Assembly (NCBI GenBank): GCA_973895155.1 | Contig: OZ316898.1 | Location: 1,180,751-1,244,750 of the forward strand | Direction: 5' to 3' | Source: Marsupella aquatica | Lineage: Eukaryota > Plantae > Marchantiophyta | DNA length: 64,000 nt | Shown here: in pieces, positions 1 to 9,899 of the stretch | Layout: each line of letters starts with the position of its first letter | How positions within the stretch are numbered: position 1 is the stretch's first letter | Translations under genes and position numbers: made by a program | Notes under the pieces: generated by a model | Seen by the model: the letters and a program-made list of their open reading frames with translations, nothing else | Database searches by the model: none | What the model was told of the DNA's origin: nothing

Positions 1-332
1 TGCCAATTCTTGGCAATCACATGTGTAGTGATTGGACTAATCCGGTAACAGATAGAACCTCCACATTTGACAAACCGTTTCTTCAATATGTCAAATCGGC
101 CAGGGCTAAATTCGTCAGGAATCAACAGAGCATACATGCCCTCGAAAGTGCCTCTTGTCCTTTCAAATGCACGAGCCAGTGCATCCATCTCAGCTTCGGG
201 ATCCATCTCAACATTCGGCTCCACCTTATTGTTTGCCTTGTTCTGAATCTCAGTGCTTGCAACCAACAAGTCGATGGTAACCTCAAAGTCTGCCGCAACA
301 TCAATACGTGCATTCTCAGCATGCTCTGCCAT
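1..332 (-). CDS. 5' part of a BRCT-domain protein resembling the N-terminus of plant DNA polymerase lambda; runs off the window edge
   Basis: Open frame from ATG at 332 to the edge with no stop, so absent from the ORF track: MAEHAENARIDV...FEGMYALLIPDEFSPGRFDILKKRFVKCGGSICYRISPITTHVIAKNW. Fits the BRCT pattern F.G......l.....GG......THVI. Confidence 0.55.
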   Translation of the reverse strand, partial: MAEHAENARIDVAADFEVTIDLLVASTEIQNKANNKVEPNVEMDPEAEMDALARAFERTRGTFEGMYALLIPDEFSPGRFDILKKRFVKCGGSICYRISPITTHVIAKNW

Positions 333-970
333 CGCCACCAGCAAGCAGTGGAAAGAAGTGAAAAACCAGCAAAATGACTCTCCTTGCAAATGCCTCCCGC
401 AATCCCGCCACTTTCAGAACTGACGTTGTGATCGATTTCCAATAGAAATCGAAACAGGTCCAAAAGAGACAAAACACATCACCGTTCTCGCTCCATCACT
501 AAATCGACAGAGTGCCTTAAGCCAACATCTCTAAACCCGGGAGTGTTTGGCTATGACAGGAGAAGGGGCAAAGAGTTGGAACGGGAAGGGTGAGTGAAGA
601 ATTGAACTCTTCATTGAAGTGATGTTCTGGATTTCGCATTTGACATTGAAACTAATGCAACGCCCTACTCTACTTTTGTAGGAATTGCAGGAACAGAGCA
701 TACATTCCTGATGTTTGTGAAGCTTCACCTTGTACGTCCAGCTCTCTCCTACCTGGCTCGGGACATGAACATGTGAAGACATATACCAGGTCAGTGAGAA
801 GCGAAGTTCAATTTTAGCAAAAGGGAAAGAAATAACCAGGACTGCCAATTCCTCATGTATATGCTTTCAATTAGACTCAAATTTTGCCTCACTGCATCAG
901 CCATCACCTGGCTAAATTTTTGACTGCTTGCTGAGAGGATAGCACTCCATTCGGATTGCTTGCAGTGCCT

Positions 971-1712
971 TCACTCCCTCCCAAATGATGGACTTGCCCC
1001 GGGGCCCAAGTATGAGGGGAGATTTGTCCGTGAAGCCTGCTGAATCCCATCATAGTACTTTAGATGTACCCTACCAGCATTCCACTTCTCCACAAACGCC
1101 TCAATGAATCCGTGAGTCTTCTTCAAACTTACGTCAGACAAATACACTTCCCGGTCCTGTTTCAACCATGTTGCAAACTCACTGCTCTTCAAGAAACAAT
1201 CATCAACAGAGATCTTCTACACCTTCGTGCCCGAAGCTTCAATCTCATGCAAGTTTGATTCTTCTTTCTATTTATGTTTCTTCATAAGTTTCTTGGCCTC
1301 CTTAAGTAACCTCTCTTTCTTCTCTGCCTTGCTATCCTCCAGGACTTCCTCATCACGGTCTTTGTGGCTACTACTTTGACGCCTCTTTTTTTGCTTCTTA
1401 CTGTTCTTCTCTTTCGAATCTTTTTTGCTCCTCCGTGAGCTTCTCCTCAAGTTGTGCTCCTTCCGTGTCCTCTCTCTCTTAGGGCGCTCCCCATCGCTGT
1501 TCTTCCCAAGGACAAAGAGTGCTCTGAAGAGGTAGAGCTTGACGAAAGGGAGGCTGGCGAGTCAGAATCAGACGATTCATGCTTTGTCCTTTGTTTCATC
1601 CGAGAGCGATCTTTCCTCTCTAGACTGCAACTTCAACTTTGGCTCCGGCTTCAATGTCAATGGCTCTTCTTGTCACTCGACGCTCCTCCTTGCTCTTTGT
1701 CTCCATCTCCAG
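971..1712 (-). pseudogene. SCI1-like (style cell-cycle inhibitor 1) pseudogene, 3' part; the 5' part probably lies at 9350-9455 beyond the Copia insertion
   Basis: Ser/Arg/Lys-rich region followed by KISVDDCFLKSSEFATWLKQDREVYLSD...FVEKWNAGRVHLKYYDGI, matching the SCI1 C-terminal motif. In-frame stops and a frameshift; no intron visible. Confidence 0.6.
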
Positions 1713-2056
1713 TGTTAAGCATAGACGACATTTGTAACGGCAAGCCCATGAATCATCCAACGCACAATAGTCGACACAGAGAGATACGTGGTTCACCTCC
1801 ACATGAGGCTACGTCCACGGGAACACACAAGAGCTTTACTGCACTCTAGGCCGACCGGCCATACCAAGCATCCACAGCACAAGCTCTTCCTATCTCTCAA
1901 CTAGCTCCATAACAATGAGCCTTTGTTCCACCAGGGTCTGACATCAGCCCTGGCTATATGCACAACAGCACTACCGCTAACCTTAGCTAGGTCCTAACCC
2001 GAGTTAGCCTAACTGTGGTTAGCACAAGAGTCACAAGACTAGAGCAATATCTAACA
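1713..2056 (-). repeat. 3' LTR of Copia element 1 (344 bp)
   Basis: Reverse complement of the LTRs at 19657-20000 and 24867-25210; adjacent PPT. Confidence 0.95.
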
Positions 2057-2961
2057 AACTCCCCCTTGACTCTTGTCTTGGGGACTGGACTAAATGCTAC
2101 CATATGGAATCCTCAGCGGGAAGTTCTAGACAATCACCAAACCAGGTCTCCCCCTAAAAACCACAAGGGTTAACTAAGGGTTAACTAGAACTAAGCCGTA
2201 GCCTAACAGGAATGAGTAATCCATATACAAATAGTCACACATTGCTAAATAACTCTACTTGCACTACAACTGCAAAACCTGCAAAGTAGCACGGTGTCTT
2301 GAGAAACTCTCCAAAGGAATCACTTTGGTAAAAGCATCAGCGGGATTGAGCTTTCCATCAATCTTGACTAGCTCAAAAGTTTTATCAGACACTGCTTGCC
2401 TGATAAAATGGTACCTGATATCAATGTGCTTCACCCTGCTATCCATCACCTGGTTAGCAGCCAAGTGAAGAGCACTCTGACTATCACAGTTTAGAGTCAT
2501 TTTTCCATGCTCTAAACCCATCTCCGCGATCAACTTATCCAACCAAATTGCTTCCTTTGCTGTTTCTGCTGCTGCAACATACTCTGCTTCTGTAGTAGAC
2601 TGAGATATGCACTTCTGCAAGGTAGATTTCCAACTGATACATCCTCCTCCAAGAGTGTAAATAAACCCAGTTGTAGACCTCCTTGTATCCAGACAGCCTC
2701 CATAGTCAGAATCTACATAGCCAACCAACGTTCTATCTGATCTGTTATCAAATAGTAATCCATAGTCCTATGTTCCCTTGAGATACCTGAGAATCCACTT
2801 CACAGCTTCCCAATGTATCTTCCTGGATTTGACATGAATCTGCTAACCTTGCCCATCGCTAGGGCTAAGTCAGGCCTAGTACAAGTCATCAAATACATCA
2901 GATTGCCTACTGCCTTCTCATAAGGAATCTTAGCCATCAGACCTTTCTCCACAACATCCGT

Positions 2962-4200
2962 TATCGTGATAATTCAATTATTCAAGATGAAATCATTACC
3001 ACTAAGTATATTAGTAAGTATATAGGTTAGATTTATATTTTGTTACGGAGTAACTAAATAATTTGACTATTACGTATGTGCATGCAAGGTAAGCAACTAT
3101 GCAAACCACAAGTTGCATGCACAAATTGTTTGGATGCATGTACAAATTGTTTTATTTGCATGCAATAATCGTTTTATGTGCATGCAAGGTGAGCAAATGT
3201 GCAAGCCACAAGGTGCATGCACAAATTGTTTTAGATGCATACAAATTGTTTTATTTGCATGCATTAGTTGTTTTATGCGCATGCAAGGTGAGCAAATGTG
3301 CAAGTCACAAGGTGCATGCATGCACAAATTGTTTTAGGTGCATGCATTAGTTGTTTTACTTGCATGCATTATTTGTTTTGATTGCAATAGTACTAGCACA
3401 CATCCAAGCGTTTGGGCGTAATCCATGCCCTCTTGGATTCAATATAAATAAAGTGGTGAGGGGCACTCTCTCCTCATTCCCACATTTTGATAATTTCTAC
3501 GTAGAAGCGATCCTCTTTTCTTTTCTCATCTTTTTCTTTCTTTCTTTGCCTTATGTACATAGTAGTGGGGCATCCTTTGGCCCGGATAGCAAAAGAATGA
3601 GTGGTAGACTTATAGATGGGACCTTAGGAAACAAGGTCTCTTTGGGAACTTAGGGGTGGGGCATCCTTTGGCCCGGATAGCAAAAGAACAAGAGAGTCAT
3701 TATGAATCCAGGAGGGAGAGATATCCCTAATCTTCCCCTTCGTAATCCATTTTTGGTTAGAGTCCATCTTTTAGACAAGCCATCCATGAGGCAGCATTTA
3801 ACTTATCATTTTGGAGCTCAATTTGCAGCTGCTGTTATGAGTTCTAATGAACCAATAGTATACCCAATAGTGTCTTATAGAAAGGAGTGGGAGTGCATTA
3901 TCTTTGTCCTTTATTGAAGTCATGGATCTAAATAGGAGTCCAGATGACATTCCTATCTCATTTTCTCTTGGAGATATTAGGATTGTATGTCGTAGAAAAA
4001 TTAGTTTTCGAGATGTGTTGATCCGCAAGTATGGTGAAGTAGGATTTAATAGTATATTAGTTTCACCTGAACCTTTCTTAATACCCACCACCCTTCTTAC
4101 AAGAGTTATCATTTTGGTTTTAGTGTAGAACTTATGGGCATGCAAGGTTGACTTCATAAGAGCCAACATGCTCTTACCAGAAAACACGGTCACCCGGACA
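2962..4200. mobile_element. Probable solo LTR (1239 bp) nested in the RT of element 1
   Basis: Interrupts sequence that is contiguous in element 2. 4-bp TSD CCGT (2958-2961, 4201-4204), termini TATC...GACA (TGTC...GACA with one change), TATAAATA near 3443, no coding capacity. Confidence 0.75.
3077..3370. repeat. Tandem repeat, ~101-bp unit x ~3, rich in TGCATGCA
   Basis: gcatgcaaggt(a/g)agcaa...gcacaaattgttt recurs at ~3080, ~3180 and ~3280. Confidence 0.85.
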
Positions 4201-6053
4201 CCGTAGGAGAGAAATCCGATGATAACTTGAAATGTGGAGCTAAAAGAATACTCACTGGCTTACAGTTTTCCATGTTGAATCGTGCAAGTACTTTCCTCGC
4301 ATACTGGCCTTGACTCAAGCACAACTGTCCAGTCTTAGAGTTCCTAAAAATCTCCATCCCTAAGATTCTCTTGGCCTTACCAAGATCCTTCATCCTGAAT
4401 TCAATATTCAATTTCGCCTTGAGACTGTCAACCTCAGATTGATCTTTAGCCACAATCAGCATGTCATCCACATAAATCACCAGAATGATGAAACCAAATA
4501 CATCATTGAGCAAGCATGAAATCATCAAACCGCTTGTTCCATTGTCTGGGAGACTGCTTCAATCTATACAAGGACTTGAGCAATCTGCAAACTAAGTTCT
4601 CTTGGCCCTTCTTCATAAAGCCTAATGGCTGTCTCATGAAGATCATCTCTTCCAAGTTGCCATAGAGAAAAGCAGTAACAACATCCATCTGATCCATCAC
4701 CAGACCAAAAAAACACAACAAGCTGACACAAGATCCAAATTGTGGAATACTTAGCTACCGGTGAAAAGACCTCATTGTAATCCACTCCTTGCTCCTGAGT
4801 GAATCCCTTGGCAACAAGCCGTGCCTTGTAGATCTTATCTCCACCCTCTGAAGGACTGTCGTTTAACTTATAAATCCACTTGCTGTCCACCACTTGCTGA
4901 CCTCTTGGAAGCTCCATCAGCTCCCATGTCTTGTTGTCACTCAAAGATTGCAACTCCCTCTGCATTGCTGCATTCCACTCATGCTTCTGCTTTGAAGCAC
5001 AAGCCTCACTATACGAAGAAGACTCTCCTTCTTCCAAGATCAAAGCCATATCATCTTCATCAGGTGCAATGTCAATATCATCTAGCTTAGATGAGTCAGC
5101 CCATTGACCATACCTGGTAGGAGCTCTAGTAGAACGACTGGAAGTTCTTCTAGTAGATGACTCAGGCTGATCTGCTGTTGCTGCTGGTAAAATTTGAGGT
5201 ACCCCAGCAACAATCTTCTCCTCTTGTTCCATCACAGGAACCAGCTCCAAGCCCAAAGCTTCTCCATCTCTCCTATCATGAACTGCATCAGGACTAATCT
5301 CCCCCTCAACCCGGTCCGGGATGGGAGATTTCCCCTTGTCAGTATGGGAGTCCTGAGAACTCTCCCCCTCCTTTGATGATCTGGATTCATTAAAGGACAC
5401 ATCTCTACTGACAATTAGTTTACAGGTTACTGGATCCCATAACCTATAACCCTTAACACCTTTCTGATAGCCAAGGAAAATGCACTTCTTCGACTTGGAC
5501 TCCAGCTTGGATCGAAGCTGGGAAGGTGTAAGCACATAAGCATCACATCCAAAAATCCTCAGATGTGAGTAATCTGTTGGACGCCCGTACCTCATTTCAA
5601 ATGGCGTCTTGAATCCAATAGAACTGGATGGAGAAAAATTTACCAAATAAGCTACAGTGTTGACAGCTTCAGCCCAAAACTCATGTGGTAAGCATGATTG
5701 ACTCAACATAATCCTCGAGCGGTCCAATAGTGTTCGGTTGAGTCTCTCAGAAACACCATTCTGCTGAGGAGTATAACTTGTTGTGAGATGGCGGGTGATC
5801 CCCTGCTCCTTACAATACGTTCCAAATTTCCCGGAACTGTATTCATCACCGTTATCCAATCGAAGATATCTCACCTTATTACCAGTCTGATTCTCAACTT
5901 GGGCTTTCCACTCCTTAAAAGTGGCAAAAACATCAGACTTATTGTGTAGAAAGTATATCCACACATACCTTGAGTAATCGTCTATGAAAGTGATATAGTA
6001 TAACCATCCAGAATGTGAGGGAGTAGGGGCTGGACCCCACACATCATTATGTA

Positions 6054-6691
6054 GGCCTCATTCACAATTGGGTGTACCTCACAGGAACCACTTTCAGGAC
6101 TCAAAAACATGCTTTTTTAGTGAAAAATGACTTTCGTAACATGCAAAAAGCTTCATCATGATTTTATCTCAAGACATTTAAGTCTAATTTTTTCACAAGA
6201 CTATTTTACATGGTGTAACCTACCTCACCATGTAGATAAATCAAGTTTTTAACTTTTTTAAGGGATCCTATTATTGATGGCCCTAAATAAGCCAAAATTA
6301 CTGATTATTTTTGTCCTGTACGTAAAGGTTTAGTGTGTGTCAATATTTGAGTTTTAAAATATAAGATTATTCTATTAGTATGCATGCCTTGGTAAAATTT
6401 CATTGTCTAAAATGCAAGTTTTAGAGTCCTTTCGAGTCCTGAAATGATGTGACTCATTGCGTGACAAGTCCTTTTATCGATCTTTGAAGGACATATAAGG
6501 AAAGCTTCAAAGTCTCAAATGCTAGATAGTTTAATTAATGTTACCAACCTACAAGATGTTTATTAAGTATAGTACATCAAATTTTGCATATCATCTCATT
6601 ACACCTTACAAATGATGTCCTAAAGCATAATAAACTATGGTCACTTCTGAGTGTGACGTTCCTTTTGGGTCCTCCAATTGTGAATGAGGCC
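6054..6691. mobile_element. MITE / non-autonomous TIR element (638 bp) nested in the integrase of element 1
   Basis: 18-bp perfect TIR GGCCTCATTCACAATTGG, TGTA duplicated at 6050-6053 and 6692-6695, AT-rich interior, empty site visible in element 2. Confidence 0.9.
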
Positions 6692-9097
6692 TGTACATAC
6701 TCAAGTACCTCCTTGCTGGTGTGAGTTCCAACTCCGAAGGGTTTCCTGTGCTGCTTCCCTAGCACACAGTGCTCACAAAATTCCAACTTACAAGATTGCA
6801 AATTAGAAAGTAATCCTTTCTTCTGAAGAATAACCAAACCTTTTTCACTCATGTGGCCCAAACGGAAGTGCCACAGCCGGGCTGTCTTCTCATGAGATAA
6901 GGTTACATTGGCTTCATCACAAATTACACTGCCCTCCAAAACGTATAGATTGCTATGTCTCTTTCCCTTCAATACAACTTTAGTACCAGTTGAAACCTGA
7001 AGGACACCATTAGCAGAGCTCCACTGATGGCCATTTGCTTCTAAAACTCCAAGTGAAATGAGATTTTTCATCATGCTGGGAATATGTCTCACATTCCTCA
7101 ATGTTCTCACAACACCATCAAACATCTGAAATCTTACAGATCCAAGTCCAACAACTTGACATGGGATTCCATTTCCCATCAACACTGACCCGTTGGAAAC
7201 CGTGTAAGAACTGAAACAATCTCTCCTAGAGCAAATGTGAAAAGTACATGCACTATCTAGAATCCAGTCATCACTACCTGGATTAGACACTACGTTGAGA
7301 GCATAACCTTGACATTACAATATGTCATCATCATCGAGTAAATCTACCTCATGCGAGCTCGATGCCGCATTAGTAGAGGCAGTAGGGACCTTTACTCGAC
7401 AATCCCTTTTCATGTGGCCAGGCTTGCCACAATTCCAACATGCAAGAGGCTTCCTCTCTTGCAATTTTCCTCTAGATTTAGATCTCCCCCGTGATGTAGA
7501 TCTAAACCTGTTCTGCCCATTCGTGCGCTGCGCTGCTCTTCCCCTGTTCACATTCACCACCTCATTATACGAAATGGACTTCAAATCTCTGTACAAGAGC
7601 ACCTGTTTCAAGCCTTGATAAGACGGCGATAAGGAGCTTAGCAGAAGCAAGGCCTTATCCTCATCTTCAACTCCTTTTCCCAGGTTTGACAGATCCACTG
7701 CTAGACTGTCAAATTCATCCAAGTGATCCTGCATCTTGCTCCCTTCCTTGAGCCTAAGGCTCATCAAGAGAGACTTCTTGTACAGCCGGTCTGACGCATC
7801 TTCCCGGTAGTACTTCTCTCTTAGAGCCTTGAACAGTGACGTGCAATCCGCATAATCATCCAGCTACTTGATGATGTGCGGCTTGAGATATAGCATCACT
7901 GCATTGACAGTAATCACCTGCTCCTGTCTCCACTGTCTCACAAAAATCTCCTCCTCTCCATCATACTGCTCTCGCGAAGAGAGCAGATGAGCTAAGCCCA
8001 TGGCCCGAAGGACACCCTTCACTTGCTTCTCCCAGAGCAAGTAATCAGTATGACCATCGTACTTCTCCACCTCAAACTTTACTCCTCCAAATCTAGCCAT
8101 CTCCCTTTTCTTCCCTACTACCGACAGCTCTGGTAGTAACACAGCTTCCTTCACTGCACGCCGCACTGGTGATCGTACCGGTGTCACTAGTTCTTTCTCA
8201 AATGGTAGCAACTCCTCCTCAGACTCACCGTCTGACCGTCGCGATCCTGAAGCTCCACCGATGCCAATTCTTCCAGTATCCTCCGAGTCACTCATATGAA
8301 ACAGTCACGAAAAAATGTCTTTTTTCGAAACTTCTCATAAAACTCAAAACTCAACACCGCCGCGTAGCCCACGAAGCTAGGAGTCCAATACTGAAAGCCA
8401 AAATCAAAATCAAAATTCAACGGAAAAGTTATTCAAATTTCGGTCGGGGTGGGTAAAACCTTGGGAAACTCCCCCGTTTTGACCACCTCGGAGAATAACC
8501 AAAATACCAAGTACAACCCGTCGTCGGAATTGCAATATGATCGGTGCGCCGCGTTGCTAACTCCAGTGGCAACGTCCTCACCGAAAAAGAACCAAAAAAG
8601 TTACCGTTCGGCGGACGGAATCTTCGTCGGACGGCCGAAAAACAGCACTCTGTTTTTTGGGAATATTCCCGCACAGTATAGCAGGTCTCACAGGGGGCCG
8701 TTCCCCCTGTCCAAGCGGTTAAAACGGAGGGCGGCAGGTCCCGGCACATGGGACAAACTACTGAGAGGGAAAAAAGGCTTAAAATGGGCACTAAAGGGGG
8801 TGCTTAAGCCCCTTAAAGCCTAAAATACCCCGTAAAGGGCCGGGGGTACGAAGGGCGTATGGCCGGCGTCGGGGCGGGATGAGGGTACAGCCGCGTACAA
8901 GCGGCGTAGAGCCGCAAAGGACTGGGCATACGATGACAGGGCGGTGCGGCGGTAGCGACCGACACAGTATGGCGGAGGGCGTACGAGCGCGCAAAAAGCG
9001 CCGGCCGATGGACCGCAGCTTGTCGCCGCGGCTGAAGGATGAGGGGAAAACAAGGTGCAAGGGGGGAAAATGACGGGGGTACCAGGGGAACACACAA

Positions 9098-9349
9098 GAG
9101 GCTACGTCCACGGGAACACACAAGAGCTTTACTGCACTCTAGGCCGACCGGCCATACCAAGCATCCACAGCACAAGCTCTCCCTATCTCTCAACTAGCTC
9201 CGTAACAATGAGCCTTTGTTCCACCAGGGTCTGGCATCAGCCCTGGCTATATGCACAATAGCACTACCACTAACCTTAGCTAGGTCCTAACCCGAGTTAG
9301 CCTAACTGTGGTTAGCACAAGAGTCACAAGACTAGAGCAATATCTAACA
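9098..9349 (-). repeat. 5' LTR of Copia element 1, truncated (U5 end and PBS missing)
   Basis: Matches 1805-2056 with about 5 substitutions; similarity stops at ~9098. Confidence 0.9.
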
Positions 9350-9489
9350 TCCAGCACGCCTGTTGTGGGGCGAGTCTCATTGTCCATCAGCCTCCTTCTT
9401 GTCCAAAGAATTGGGCCCACTCGTGCTCCATCGCTGATGTTCTCTCGTCCCCCATTTTGTTTCGTGGAAGAAGCTTAGAGTTAAAGCTT

Positions 9490-9775
9490 CAGCTCATAGT
9501 GATCAATCTCCAACTCAAACTCTTTGGCCTACTTTGCTCTGATCTTTCTCGTTGGCCCGGATACTCCGGCCACACTCTCCACCTGAGCCTCAACTCTTTC
9601 CTCATGGCGTCTCACATTTTCTCAAAGAGCATGGACCGATCCGAATGCTGAAAGAGCTGAAAGAGCTCAGGCAGCATTTGCTTGCCAATTGAATGAGCAA
9701 GTGCGGAATTGGCATGATCCACCCTCACCTTCCAGTTCTTGTGCGCGAGCCTCTCCTCCCATGACAACTTCTTTG
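9490..9775 (-). pseudogene. MOR1/XMAP215 N-terminal gene fragments
   Basis: KKLSWEERLAHKNWKVR, then MLPELF, then SMLFEKM*DAMRKE(frameshift)LEAQVESVAGVSGPTRKIRAK*. These are ordered motifs of the MOR1 TOG1 region with large internal gaps. Confidence 0.7.
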
Positions 9776-9899
9776 GGAGCGAGGCGAGGCATTTGGATGA
9801 TGCAATACGAGTTAGCAAAGTCACTGCGTCACGCCATTCAGAGCATATGGACACATTCATAAGTCTCTGGTCAATCCCTCAACAAACTCCTTCATTACA

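Larger units (their letters stand above)
2264..8295 (-). pseudogene. Copia gag-pol of element 1, disrupted
   Basis: gag (EKYDG, CWNCGKPGHMKRDC knuckle), protease WILDSACTFH, GAG-pre-integrase LWHFRLGH, integrase FIDDYSR/PQQNGVSER, RT YVDDML, RNase H GYVDSD...KHIDIRYHF. Stops, frameshifts, and ~75-bp and ~53-bp deletions relative to element 2. Confidence 0.93.
1713..9349 (-). mobile_element. Ty1/Copia LTR retrotransposon (element 1), decayed, with two nested insertions
   Basis: TG...CA ends, 5-bp TSD TCCAG (1708-1712 and 9350-9354), PPT at ~2059-2067, domain order gag-PR-INT-RT-RH. Confidence 0.95.

Noticed and set aside
1290-1315. LLKEAKKL match to the MOR1 N-terminus inside the SCI1-like region
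   Set aside because: Short low-complexity Lys/Glu/Leu match, probably coincidental.
3097-3350. Cys/His/Met-rich ORFs as metal-binding proteins
   Set aside because: They are translations of the TGCATGCA tandem repeat in several frames.
8429-9261. Overlapping ORFs in the Copia leader, and similarly at 56685-57708
   Set aside because: GC-rich stop-poor sequence with no recognisable domain or consistent frame.
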